Positions 18,275-28,534 of a stretch of DNA of 64,000 bases are shown one piece after another. The translations under genes were made by a program, and so were the position numbers. Below the pieces are notes generated by a model. It saw only the letters and a program-made list of their open reading frames with translations. It searched no databases and was not told the origin of the DNA. Source of the DNA: Planctomycetota bacterium (GTDB taxonomy: Bacteria > Planctomycetota > UBA8108 > SXIK01); contig CBDCXR010000004.1 in the NCBI GenBank assembly GCA_965223845.1, positions 6,944,001 through 7,008,000 on the forward strand, written 5' to 3'. Position 1 is the first letter of the stretch; each line of letters opens with the position of its first letter.

Positions 18275-19251
18275 CCCCGCGGTCCTTCGTCGCCGCGGTC
18301 GTCTTCGTCGCCGTCGTCGAGCTCCATCTCGTCGAGCGTCTCGAAGAACTGGCGGAAATCGACCAACCCCGGCAGCTCGGAGTCGAGAGTCTGCCGTTTG
18401 AAATCGCCCGCATCGGGTCCCAGGATCTGGTCGACTGCTCGTCGGAACTCGTCCGACCAGTTGTCTCCGGGTTCTGCCGCGCCGCCGGGTGTCCCGCGCT
18501 GCGCGCGGCGTTTCAGGGTGTAGCGGACGATATTGATGCCGTCGCGCACCGAGTACGGAAGCCCGTGCTCGTGCCCGCCCTGGAGAAAGTCCACCGTCAA
18601 GTTCAGCACTTCCTGCGGAGCGAACGGCAGATGGTACTTCAGAATGCGCAACTCCTCGGCGCGCTCCGGAAAGCCCAGCTCGATCGTCGGCTGGATGCGC
18701 GAGAGCATGTAGTCCGGAACTTCGAACGTCGACGCGTCGTCATTCATCGTGACGCAGGCGCGAAACGAAGCGTGCGCGGAGATGCGAATTCCCGCGACGA
18801 TGCTGTCGATGTAACGGCGGTGGTCGAAGAGCGGCGCGAGCGAAGCCCACGACTTCTCGCTCATCCGGTTCGCCTCGTCGAGGATCACTGCGCCGCCTCG
18901 CACCATCGCCGATACGAGCGGACTCGCGTGATAGCTGATCGTCTTGTCGCGCGCGAGTACCGGCGTGACCAGGAGATCTTCGGGGCGCGTGTCGACGGTG
19001 CACTGGTGAATGTACACCGGGAGGCCCACCGAGCGGGCGGCGCAGTAGGCGAGCGTGGTCTTCCCGACGCCCGGCCGACCGACGAGGCGGGGGCAGAGGG
19101 GGACGTCGTCATCGCTCACCACGAGCCACGACGCGAGAAGCTGATCCATGAGCTCCTGTTGTCCCTCCCACCGTTGGTCTTGGTCGACGGGCGAAGAGAG
19201 GACGAGCTCGATGTCGTCGATCGTTACGGTCTTGGACGGAGGATTGGTCAT
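18271..19251 (-). CDS. MoxR-like AAA+ ATPase (AAA_5)
   Basis: Walker A GRPGVGKT, Walker B VILDEAN, sensor VTMN, LSR; start moved to ATG 19251. Confidence 0.88.
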   Translation of the reverse strand: MTNPPSKTVTIDDIELVLSSPVDQDQRWEGQQELMDQLLASWLVVSDDDVPLCPRLVGRPGVGKTTLAYCAARSVGLPVYIHQCTVDTRPEDLLVTPVLARDKTISYHASPLVSAMVRGGAVILDEANRMSEKSWASLAPLFDHRRYIDSIVAGIRISAHASFRACVTMNDDASTFEVPDYMLSRIQPTIELGFPERAEELRILKYHLPFAPQEVLNLTVDFLQGGHEHGLPYSVRDGINIVRYTLKRRAQRGTPGGAAEPGDNWSDEFRRAVDQILGPDAGDFKRQTLDSELPGLVDFRQFFETLDEMELDDGDEDDRGDEGPRG

Positions 19252-19639
19252 CGGGCCTCGGCGTTCGGGCTGCGAGCACCGCAGCGCGATCCTCGCTCGG
19301 GGAAGGCGCGAGACGCGCCTCGGGCCCCCCTCTTCTACCACAATTCCCGCCCGGCGCCGGTCACTGGAGGTGAATTCAGCGGCGGAGCTACCCCGCCACT
19401 TTGCATCGTAGCGATCCGTTCGGGGAGAACGGGTGAAATCGAAGCGTCGCCGGCGCGTCTTCTCTAGGAGCTAAGCGGCGGTCCCGGATCGTCGGCGCCC
19501 CAAAACGGTCCGAACGACACGCGAGACTCGGGTTCCATCTCGATGGGCGCCGCGGCACGATGGCGCGCTCGTGTGCTCGGGTGTCCGAGGGCGCCGGGGA
19601 CGAGATCGTGAATCGGGGCGAACAAGCGGAGCGAACGGA

Positions 19640-20653
19640 ATGGAGACCGAGGCGTCGGTGGCCGCCCCCCGGGGCGAGATTCGAGACGAACTTCCCGATG
19701 CGGGCCGTGAGGACGACGGGGAAATCGTCGTGCGGCTCCGTGGCGTCAGCAAGCACTTCGATACGAAGGCGGCGGTGGATCGCATCGACCTCGATGTTCC
19801 ACGCCGGAGCATCTTCGGTCTCATCGGACCGAACGGCGCGGGGAAAACGACGACGCTCAAGATGATCGCGACGCTCATCAAGCCGGACGAGGGCACGATC
19901 GAGCTCTGCGGTGAGGATCTCGAGTCGAACGTCGGCTCGCTTCGTCCGCGGCTCGGCTATATGCCCGATCAGTTCGGCCTCTTCCGCGGCCTCGGCTGCA
20001 AGGAATACCTCGAGTTTTTTGGCCGCATCCACGGCTACCACGGCGCCGATCTCGAGCGGAGAATCGCCGACGTCTTCACGCTCACCGAGCTTCACCGGGT
20101 GAGCGAAGAGCTCACGACCGCGCTTTCGACCGGCATGCGGCAGAGGCTGTCCCTCGCCAAGACCCTACTTCACGATCCCGACATCCTCGTTCTCGATGAA
20201 CCGGCGAGCGGGCTCGACCCGCGCGCGCGGATCGAGATTCGATCGCTCCTTCAGGAGCTCGGGACGATGGGGAAGACCATTCTCATCTCGAGCCACATTC
20301 TCGCGGATCTCGAAGAGATCTGTACCGACGTCGCGATCATCGAACAGGGGAAGGTCGTCTGGAGCGGTTCCCTCCGCGACGTCCAAGATTTCGACCGCAC
20401 GCGGGTCGAGGTCGCGATTCGAGTGAGCGAAAAAGACGGCGACCGCGCGAAGGAAGTGCTGAGCTCTCTCGAATGCGTCCACGATGTCCGCTCGTCTCAA
20501 GACGGCCGCCTCGACGCGCAGATCGATCCCGGATCGGGGAACGGAGTCCTTCGCGCGCTCATCGATGCGGACATCGACGTGCTCCTCTTCAAGCTCGAGG
20601 CGGTCGACCTCGAGGCTCTCTTTCTCGAACGTACGAAGGGGATCGTCTCCTGA
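19640..20653 (+). CDS. ABC-2 type transporter ATP-binding protein
   Basis: GPNGAGKT, LSTGMRQR, LVLDEP, SSH. Confidence 0.93.
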   Translation: METEASVAAPRGEIRDELPDAGREDDGEIVVRLRGVSKHFDTKAAVDRIDLDVPRRSIFGLIGPNGAGKTTTLKMIATLIKPDEGTIELCGEDLESNVGSLRPRLGYMPDQFGLFRGLGCKEYLEFFGRIHGYHGADLERRIADVFTLTELHRVSEELTTALSTGMRQRLSLAKTLLHDPDILVLDEPASGLDPRARIEIRSLLQELGTMGKTILISSHILADLEEICTDVAIIEQGKVVWSGSLRDVQDFDRTRVEVAIRVSEKDGDRAKEVLSSLECVHDVRSSQDGRLDAQIDPGSGNGVLRALIDADIDVLLFKLEAVDLEALFLERTKGIVS

Positions 20654-20763
20654 CGGAACGAGATCGGAAACGAGCGAATCGTCCCGACTCGTTTTGCGGC
20701 GCCCGCCCGGGCGCGCGCGAGCTGCCCTCGACACGACGCCATCTGCGAAACGGACCGCCAAGA

Positions 20764-23700
20764 ATGTTTCAGACCCTTCGCCGCCGCTTTCTCGAAAATC
20801 CGCTCATCGGCCGCGAGCTCTCGACCTCCCTCACCTCCTACCGCATCGGGATGATCAGCCTGATTGTCGCGGCCGCCTATCTCGTCGCCGACCTCATCTG
20901 CTACTTCTTCTTCTCCGAAGTCTCGAACTACCAGACGCTGCCGTTCGAGGCGGGCGCGTTCCTCCACCTCGCGCACACCATCGTCGCGTACGGGTCCGTC
21001 GGAATCTTCGTCCCGATCCGGCTCATGGGGCACATCGAGTCGGCGCGAACCGGGAAGGCATTCGATCAAGTCGTCGTGACCGGAGTCTCGCCGCTTCGCC
21101 TAGTGCTGGGGAATTGGGGCCTCACGCTCGCTTACGCAGGCGTCGTCCTGATGATCGGTCTCCCGTTCCAAGTCCTCGCCCTCTCTTTCGGCGGCGTCGG
21201 GTGGACGGAGATTTTTTCGACGTACGTGATTCTCTGGATCTATACGAATGTGATCATCGCGGTCACTCTCGGCGTGTCCGTCCTGGTCCGCGACTGGCAA
21301 GCGATTCCGGCCGGCATCGCGTTCGCCGCGATCGTCGGCATCGTATCGATGGTCCCCGTGATTCCCGCTGAGCTGGGCGACGTCGGTCCCCTCAGGATGT
21401 TCTGGCGCTACGGTATGCCCGAGGCGTTCATCGACGCGTCGGGGATGCCGACCGGAGTGTCGAGCTTGCTTTTTGGCGAGCCGAGACTGCTCCATGCGAC
21501 CGTCCCGCATTGGCTCTACGCACCGCTCCTTTGGGCGGTGATCGCGGCGCCCTTCGTGGTGCTCGTCGTTTTCGGTCCTCACCACCGCTTCACGCCCGGC
21601 CTCAATGTGTTCGGTACGGTCGTCCTTCCCGGGGACGTCGCGCTCCGGTTCGCGCGGCGGCTCCGGGCAAACCTCGTCCGTCGCGTCGAGATGGCGTTCT
21701 TCTACGAGAATCGGCCACGGTGGTGCGGCGGCTGGGATTTTCCCGCGCGGCTCGTCTCGATGCTCGCCTTCCTCGCTCTCGCGTGGGGTATCTGCATGGG
21801 GGTCGTCTACGACTTCGAGCCGCGCGCGCGACCGTTTCGCCGCGACGAAGCGTTCCTCGCCGGGATCACGATCAGCCTCATGCTTCTCTTCGCTTGGTTT
21901 CTCTACAACGGACACACTAGGCGCCACGCCGACGTGACCGAGCGCATCGGTCCGCTGCGAATCTCGCACCGAAGCGCGGTGACGATCGCGTTTGCGCTGG
22001 GTCTCGGCGCCTTCGTGCTCACGCAGTATCTGTCCCATCTTGATGCGGTGAGTTCGTTTCAATCGTTGACCATCCGCAAGGACCAGACCTTCGATCTCGC
22101 CGAGTACGAGATCGATTGGGCGCGCGCGCTGAAACTCTGGACGATCTTTGCGGTCAACGTGTTTCTCGTGGGGCAAGTGCTCGGCTGCCTGATCTCGTCC
22201 GTCTTCGCGTGGCGCTGGCTCATGACCATGGCGACCGTGGCGCTTCTCGCCGGCCCAGCGATCGCCTGGGGACTCTACCAAGAGGGCCTCGTTCCCCAGG
22301 ACGTGGGCGATGTGGGCGCGTTCTCTCCGTTCGCACGATACTTCTACCCTTCCCGGTTTCCGTCGGCGCCGCTCCACGCGAACGGCATGTTTCTCAATTG
22401 GTGGTTCTTCGCCGTGATGGTGTTCACGCTCGGAATGATTCTCTTCACTCGAAAGATTCGGAAGGGGGCACGGCGGCAGCTCGCGGCCGCCACCGCGGTG
22501 TTGGTCGTCGCGTCCTTCGGTGGCGTGGATCGGGTCGCGGCGCAGGGCGGCGACGCGGTCGACGTTCCGGATGAGGCCGCGCTCGATGCCGGCGCGGACG
22601 TTGCGACGTCAGAGTTCGAGGGTGACGACGAAGACACGCTCGATCTAGAGATCGTCGAAGTCGTCCGTGGCTTCGAAGGCCGTACGTTCAGTCACACCGC
22701 GCAGTTCCTGACTCTACGCGTGCGGAACTCGACCTCGGAGCCGTACACCGGAAAGTTGCGGACGTCTCACCGAGTTTCACCCGTCGTGCTTCCCTTCGAG
22801 CTCGGGGCGGAAACAACGAAGATCTTCCGCGTCGGACTCGAGGGATCGTGGGGAGGCGGTGATCAATTCGTAGTCGAGTTCGCTCTCCACGACGGACGAA
22901 CGAAAACTCTGACGCTCGATCCCATCGTCGTCGCCGCGCCTTCGACTCAGCCGGGCCAGTCGCACGAGGGTGGAAGATTCCTCTTCGTCGGAGAGGATCG
23001 TCCGCCGACGCCGCTTCGCTGGGCGCAGGCGCTCGTCGACGGACGAATGTCGATCGTGCGTGCGCGTGCGTTCGTGCTCCCGGAAGATCCGGTCGGATAC
23101 ACCGGCTGTTCGACGGTGTTCTTCGGACCGGGGGATTACACGCGGCTCACGGAGGAGCAGCGACTCGCACTTTTCGATTTCGTGCGGCTAGGCGGCTCCG
23201 TCGTCTTCTACGGCCGCCACGAGTGGTCCGCGATCGCTCAGCTCGAGCCGTGGTCCGCGTGGTTCGAAGGGGCGGAGTTTCCGCGCGTCGGCGAACTGGC
23301 CATTCCGCGGCTGAAGGGCGGAAGGACGATTTTCGAGTGGGAGGACGGAAACGACTCTCGCCTGGCTGCACGTACGTGGGGACCGGGGCGAGTCGGCGTC
23401 GCAAACGTCGATTTTGCCTCGGAGTCGCTACCGCGCTCGCGTTCGCTCTGGGCGTCGTTCACGGCGGCGGTCCCGAAGAGCGTCTACCCGGCCATCCCGC
23501 TCGGCGATCGATGGGATCGCGATCTGAGCGGCTTCGGGAGCCTGGGGGGCATCCTGGTGTACTTCGGCCTCTACGCGCTAGTCGTCGGGCCGATCTTGAT
23601 GGTGCTTCACCGAAAGAAATCGCGTCGCAAGTATCTCTGGCCGTTTCTCGGCGCGTCGATCCTCGTCTTCTGCTGTGCGATTCCGATCCTCGACTGGGCG

Positions 23701-24516
23701 ATCCATATCCGACCGAGCCTGGGACGCTTTCGACGCGTCGTCTACATCGGGGCCGACTCGGAATCCGCGGTGTCGCTCGCCCACGTGCGGGTCCGATCAT
23801 CGGGGCGCCAAAGACACGCTCTCGATCTCAAAGGAAACACCGCGATCCTCGGGAATTCCTGGTTCGGTCCCTCCGGCGTCGTCGCGCGTGTCCCGCGCTC
23901 ACCGGGCGCTGAGGGCGGCGCTCCGTTCAGCGCGATCACTCCGCCGTGGGGGAGCCTCGATCTTTACGTGGTCGACGACGGCCCACCACCGGTCACTCCG
24001 ATCAAGGCGAGCGCGACCTTCGACGCGAAGACGCGAGTCCTGTCGTACGAAGTCGAGTTCGATCGGCCTCCCACCTTTCCGATGGCGATGGTGTTCTACA
24101 ATTTTTCGGGAGAGGGAGAACTCGAGGCGAAGCGCATCGTGTCGAAGGCCGATCGCAGGTTCCGCGGCAAGCTCACGGTGAGGAAGGGCGGTTCCGGATC
24201 GAATCGAAACATCGTCGGCCGCGGTTGGAGTTCCCTCGACGAGTTTTCGCACGACATCCCGATCGTTTACGGTACGCGCCTCGCCATGTATCCGGGAGAC
24301 GGCCCGCGACTCGGTCTCGTTTGGGTGCCGCCCGAAGAGATTCCCCTTCCGCTCGAGACTTCCGACATCGAGTTTTGGACGGAGATGACCTCCGACAATC
24401 AGCGTCGATTCACCGGATTGCGGCGACCGCTTCGGTTGGTCGAGAAGGACGGAAAGCCGTACCTTTCGCGCGTGATCACGACGATCTTTCAGGAAATCCC
24501 CCTCGCGATCGAGTAG
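20764..24516 (+). CDS. Large ABC-2-type permease fused to an extracytoplasmic membrane-anchored domain
   Basis: ENPLIGREL N-terminus, many TM segments, then a signal-like segment, a soluble domain (LPEDPVGYTGC..V, FVRLGG.VV, WGPGRV) and YALVVGP TM pair. Confidence 0.75.
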   Translation: MFQTLRRRFLENPLIGRELSTSLTSYRIGMISLIVAAAYLVADLICYFFFSEVSNYQTLPFEAGAFLHLAHTIVAYGSVGIFVPIRLMGHIESARTGKAFDQVVVTGVSPLRLVLGNWGLTLAYAGVVLMIGLPFQVLALSFGGVGWTEIFSTYVILWIYTNVIIAVTLGVSVLVRDWQAIPAGIAFAAIVGIVSMVPVIPAELGDVGPLRMFWRYGMPEAFIDASGMPTGVSSLLFGEPRLLHATVPHWLYAPLLWAVIAAPFVVLVVFGPHHRFTPGLNVFGTVVLPGDVALRFARRLRANLVRRVEMAFFYENRPRWCGGWDFPARLVSMLAFLALAWGICMGVVYDFEPRARPFRRDEAFLAGITISLMLLFAWFLYNGHTRRHADVTERIGPLRISHRSAVTIAFALGLGAFVLTQYLSHLDAVSSFQSLTIRKDQTFDLAEYEIDWARALKLWTIFAVNVFLVGQVLGCLISSVFAWRWLMTMATVALLAGPAIAWGLYQEGLVPQDVGDVGAFSPFARYFYPSRFPSAPLHANGMFLNWWFFAVMVFTLGMILFTRKIRKGARRQLAAATAVLVVASFGGVDRVAAQGGDAVDVPDEAALDAGADVATSEFEGDDEDTLDLEIVEVVRGFEGRTFSHTAQFLTLRVRNSTSEPYTGKLRTSHRVSPVVLPFELGAETTKIFRVGLEGSWGGGDQFVVEFALHDGRTKTLTLDPIVVAAPSTQPGQSHEGGRFLFVGEDRPPTPLRWAQALVDGRMSIVRARAFVLPEDPVGYTGCSTVFFGPGDYTRLTEEQRLALFDFVRLGGSVVFYGRHEWSAIAQLEPWSAWFEGAEFPRVGELAIPRLKGGRTIFEWEDGNDSRLAARTWGPGRVGVANVDFASESLPRSRSLWASFTAAVPKSVYPAIPLGDRWDRDLSGFGSLGGILVYFGLYALVVGPILMVLHRKKSRRKYLWPFLGASILVFCCAIPILDWAIHIRPSLGRFRRVVYIGADSESAVSLAHVRVRSSGRQRHALDLKGNTAILGNSWFGPSGVVARVPRSPGAEGGAPFSAITPPWGSLDLYVVDDGPPPVTPIKASATFDAKTRVLSYEVEFDRPPTFPMAMVFYNFSGEGELEAKRIVSKADRRFRGKLTVRKGGSGSNRNIVGRGWSSLDEFSHDIPIVYGTRLAMYPGDGPRLGLVWVPPEEIPLPLETSDIEFWTEMTSDNQRRFTGLRRPLRLVEKDGKPYLSRVITTIFQEIPLAIE

Positions 24517-24609
24517 AGCGCGCGAGCTTACCTTGACGTCACGGCGCCGGATGGTTTTTCTTGAGGCGCTCACGGGCATGTGGGGGCGACCTCACCCGGC
24601 GGAGAATCT

Positions 24610-26232
24610 ATGGCGCTCTTTCTCGGATTTGATTCCAGCACGCAGAGCCTCACCGCGATGCTCATCGAGGTGTCGGCTGAGGATGATCGACGCGTCGTGT
24701 TCGAGCACTCGATCCGGTTCGACGAGGGCTTGGCGGAGTACGGCACTCAAAACGGCGTCCTGCCTCACGATGACCCTCTAGTCGCGCACTCGTCGCCGCT
24801 CCTCTGGGCGGATGCGCTCGACCGGATGATGGGAATCGTCACCCGAGAGAGCGGCCACGACCCGAGCGAGATCAAGGCGATCGCTGGATCGGGGCAGCAA
24901 CACGGAAGCGTGTACTTTCGCGCAGGACTCGAAACGAGGCTGCGCGCGCTCGATCCCTCCCGCGCACTCGTCGATCAGCTCGGGGGCGTCTTCTCGCGTG
25001 CGACGTCCCCGATCTGGATGGACTCGAGCACGGGGACTCAGTGCGCCGAGATCACGCGAGCGGTCGGCGGTGACGAGCGGCTCACCCAGATCACCGGCTC
25101 GCGCGCCTTCGAGCGCTTCACCGGTCCGCAGATCCGAAAGTTTTTCGCGGAAGCGCCGGAGGCGTACGCCGCGACCGATCGGATCCATCTCGTCAGCTCC
25201 TACCTCGCGACGCTCCTCGCGGGAAGGCACGCCCCGATCGACCCGGGCGACGGAGCGGGGATGAACCTGATGGATCTCGCGGCGAAAGCGTGGTCGGACG
25301 ACGCGCTCGAAGCGACGGCGCCGGATCTCCGATCGAAACTACCTGGGATCGCCGACTCGTGGTCGATCGTCGGTCCGCCGGCCGCGTACTGGTGCGAGCG
25401 CTACGGAGTCGCGCGCGACGCTCGTGTGGTGACGTGGTCCGGGGACAATCCGTGCAGCTTGATCGGCGTCGGACTCGTCGCACCAGGCCGGATCGCGATC
25501 TCGCTCGGGACGAGCGACACGCTCTTCGGGTTCATGCCGGACCTCGCGGTCGACCCGCTCGGACGCGGACACGTGTTCGGCGCGCCGACGGGTCACTTCA
25601 TGAGTCTGATCTGCTTTAAGAACGGCTCGCTCGCGCGAGAGCGCGTCCGTCGCTCGGCCGGTTATTCGTGGGACGAGTTTTCTCGCGCGCTGCGGGAGAC
25701 GAATCCGGGCAATCGCGGCCGGGTGCTCCTCCCGTGGTTCGAATCCGAGATCACCCCGCACGTTCCGATTCCGGGCGAGCGGCGCTACCGCCTCGACCCC
25801 GACGACGCGCCGGCGAACGTGCGCGCAGTCATCGAGGCGCAGATGCTCTCGACGGCAATTCACTCCGAATGGATGGGCGTCGCGGTCGACACGATCTACG
25901 CGACGGGGGGTGCTGCACGCAACCGGGAGATCCTCCAGGTGATGAGCGACGTCCACGGCGCGGATGTCTACCAGCTCGAAGTCGGGAACTCTGCCTGTCT
26001 CGGTGCTGCGCTCCGGGCGTTCCACGCGCATGCAAAGGCCGAGGGCACGGAACCGTCCTGGGACAACGTGACGCGCGACTTTGTCGAGCCGCTCGCGGAG
26101 AGTCGAATCCAGCCGCAGTCGGGAGCTCGCGAGATCTACGATCGATTCCGTCCTCTCTACGCGCGGTGCGAAGCGCACGCTCTAGGTCGTGGCGAGGACC
26201 CGGCCGACGCGCTCGCGCGCGAGCTCGATTGA
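24610..26232 (+). CDS. xylB: Xylulose kinase, FGGY family (eukaryote XYLB-like type)
   Basis: FLGFDSSTQS, GSGQQHGSVY, SPIWMDSST, GSRAFERFTGPQI, GDNPCS, ISLGTSDT, CFKNGSLARE. Confidence 0.85.
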   Translation: MALFLGFDSSTQSLTAMLIEVSAEDDRRVVFEHSIRFDEGLAEYGTQNGVLPHDDPLVAHSSPLLWADALDRMMGIVTRESGHDPSEIKAIAGSGQQHGSVYFRAGLETRLRALDPSRALVDQLGGVFSRATSPIWMDSSTGTQCAEITRAVGGDERLTQITGSRAFERFTGPQIRKFFAEAPEAYAATDRIHLVSSYLATLLAGRHAPIDPGDGAGMNLMDLAAKAWSDDALEATAPDLRSKLPGIADSWSIVGPPAAYWCERYGVARDARVVTWSGDNPCSLIGVGLVAPGRIAISLGTSDTLFGFMPDLAVDPLGRGHVFGAPTGHFMSLICFKNGSLARERVRRSAGYSWDEFSRALRETNPGNRGRVLLPWFESEITPHVPIPGERRYRLDPDDAPANVRAVIEAQMLSTAIHSEWMGVAVDTIYATGGAARNREILQVMSDVHGADVYQLEVGNSACLGAALRAFHAHAKAEGTEPSWDNVTRDFVEPLAESRIQPQSGAREIYDRFRPLYARCEAHALGRGEDPADALARELD

Positions 26233-26931
26233 GCACGACGCGAGAGGGGGCGCGCGGGGGTGTCGCCGGGACTCGTTGCGTGAGACGAATGGCTGAGCAT
26301 CCTCGCTCGAGGAGCGAGTCGGCGGCGCCGGGCGGCGTCTCCGCGGGACGGCTCGACGAGGAACCGATAAACGGAGCGAATCACCGCGGAAATCGCAGAA
26401 TTTTAACTTTACAGATGCGGGGCGTTCGTGAAGATTCTCGACGCAGTTGAGAAGCTCGGAGCGTGTCCGTGCGGCACGTCTCGAGTGGTGAGCGAGTCGA
26501 GTGCGGCGTAGTGCTCGGCTCATGTGTGGACAGGGATCTTCGCGCGTGCGAACTCGCACTCATCGCCGTAGCGGGCGAGAGTCGGTACGCGCAACGAGGA
26601 GGAGACACTCCGCGAGGATCCAGTACGGGAACGTGAGTCTGTGCGGGGAGGGACGAGTTCGCTCCGAACCGTACCCGGCGATCGCTTCCCAGATTCGTTG
26701 AACGGGTCAGCACACGTTGGGAACCTGCGCACTCTTGCGTAGTGTCCCGAGTTCCCGCGACTAGTGACGGTTCCTCCAACGGGGCCGTTTCGAGGCGCGA
26801 GAACGGCTCCAGTCCGCAGCATGCGCGTGAGTCTTCACCGGTGTGCAGTGCGGGGATAGTCGAGAGAATGACCTCGCCGGCACTGGGCGCGCAGAGGTTC
26901 GACCCGTAGAGAAAACGATAGGAGGACGTCG

Positions 26932-28254
26932 ATGCGACGCTTTTTCATCGTCGGGGCAGCACTTTCGTTGGCGATCTCGCCGGTCGTCGCCGAAGACGCG
27001 GGCACCACGGAACTCGATCGTGAGTTCTCGCTCACGCGTCTCGCTCAGCTCGAGCAGGAGCTCGGCAACGGCGGCCAGGACTCCAGCTCGCCGATCGTCG
27101 CGGGCTGGGACAAGAAGGACGGTTTCTACCTGAAGGACGCCGACGACAACTTCAAGCTGAGAATCGGCGGCCGCGGCCAGTTCCGCTACGTGTTCGTCGG
27201 TCGCGACAACCGGGGAAACTCCGGGACGACGACGCGCGACTCGAGCTACTTCGACGTCGAGCGCCTGCGCTTCCGCTTCCGCGGTCACGTCCTCACCGAC
27301 CGCCTCACCTACGACTTCCAGTTCGACGGTGACACCGATCGCGGCGGCGGCGTGACGACGCTCGACGCACTCGCGATGTACGAAGTCGCCGAGGACACGC
27401 TCAAGGTCGGAGTCGGTCAGTACAAGGCCCACTTCCTCCGCCAGGAGAAGACCTCGTCCTCGAAGCTTCAGATGATCGATCGTTCGATCGCGAACGAATT
27501 CTTCAACATCGATCGCGTGCTCGGCGTCGTCGCACAGGGTGAGCTCGCCGACGGGTTCATCTTCTACGCCGCCGGAGTCAACAACGGCTTCCGGAGCCTC
27601 AACCGGGGCGCCGGTGCGGTCGATCAGATCCCGGCGTTCGTCGGAAAGCTGGATTTCAATCTTCTCGGCGACTACGGCTACGGCGAGAGTGACATCAAGC
27701 GCAGCGAGGATCCGAATCTCGTGTTCGGCGTGTCGTTCGCGTCCGATCAGAACAACGGGACGTCCGGCTTCTCGCCCCAGTACAAGGTCTATCAGGCCGG
27801 CGTGGACACCGGCTTCAAGCTCGGTGGATTCTCCCTGCAGGGCGAATACATGGGCCGCTGGCTCGACTACGAGACGACGGCCGGTGCCGGAGACCCAGAC
27901 GTCGCCGGTGGCCGCAGCATCTTCTCGCACGGCTGGTACGTGCAGGGTGGCTTCATGGTCACGGACTCCGTCGAAATCGCCGGGCGCGCGAGCGTCGTCT
28001 ACGGCAACGAAGGCGCTAATGACGGCACTGCGACCGAGTTCGGTCCGGGGATCAACTGGTTCTTCAACGGCCACAAGGTGAAGCTCTCAACGGACGTCAT
28101 CTTCTTCGACATCCCGTCGGACATGCCGCGTCCGAGCACGAACCTCGAGCGTTCGAGCCCGCTTGCTTCGCCGTCGAGCGGCTTCTCGTCGGTCGGCCTC
28201 CGCGAGGGTGAACAGGGCATCATGGTTCGCACTCAGCTTCAGGTCTCGTTCTGA
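26932..28254 (+). CDS. OprO/OprP-like phosphate-selective porin
   Basis: Signal peptide, GGRGQFRY, VGQYKAHF..E, GINWFFNGHKVKL, terminal QVSF; AGGAGG RBS; strongly biased codons. Confidence 0.85.
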   Translation: MRRFFIVGAALSLAISPVVAEDAGTTELDREFSLTRLAQLEQELGNGGQDSSSPIVAGWDKKDGFYLKDADDNFKLRIGGRGQFRYVFVGRDNRGNSGTTTRDSSYFDVERLRFRFRGHVLTDRLTYDFQFDGDTDRGGGVTTLDALAMYEVAEDTLKVGVGQYKAHFLRQEKTSSSKLQMIDRSIANEFFNIDRVLGVVAQGELADGFIFYAAGVNNGFRSLNRGAGAVDQIPAFVGKLDFNLLGDYGYGESDIKRSEDPNLVFGVSFASDQNNGTSGFSPQYKVYQAGVDTGFKLGGFSLQGEYMGRWLDYETTAGAGDPDVAGGRSIFSHGWYVQGGFMVTDSVEIAGRASVVYGNEGANDGTATEFGPGINWFFNGHKVKLSTDVIFFDIPSDMPRPSTNLERSSPLASPSSGFSSVGLREGEQGIMVRTQLQVSF

Positions 28255-28318
28255 TCGAGACGGTTGTCCTCCGTTCGCGCCCGCTCTGTCGGGCATGAGC
28301 GGAGAGAGTCTGCTCCCG

Positions 28319-28363
28319 AAGGCGGAGCCGGTGCACCTCGCGCCGGCTCCGCCTTTGTGCTTG
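28319..28363 (+). terminator. Intrinsic terminator after the porin
   Basis: AAGGCGGAGCCGGTGC-acctc-GCGCCGGCTCCGCCTT followed by a T-rich tail. Confidence 0.65.
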
Positions 28364-28534
28364 TCCGTCGATCGGAGATTGATTCTCGCGAGGGGTCTCG
28401 GCCCGCATTTATCTGGTGAGCGATGCGGGTTAGGATACGATTCCGACGCGAGACTCCGCTCCGTCGATCTCGCGCGCCCAAGGTGCATACGGGAGGCGCG
28501 GCAGCGAAGAGACTCGCTCTCCGGGAATCAGCGG

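Noticed and set aside
19342-19639. tRNA or known ncRNA in the divergent AAA/ABC gap
   Set aside because: No cloverleaf, T-loop or recognisable RNA motif
24533-24561. Sigma70 promoter for the xylulokinase (TTGACG)
   Set aside because: Good -35 but no convincing -10 at 16-18 bp spacing
26761-28074. 437-aa antisense ORF over the porin, and similar long shadow ORFs (e.g. 857..1966, 33797..35809, 46645..48594, 56567..58168)
   Set aside because: Expected from high GC and codon bias; Arg/Ala/Pro-rich or mirror-frame with no domain motifs
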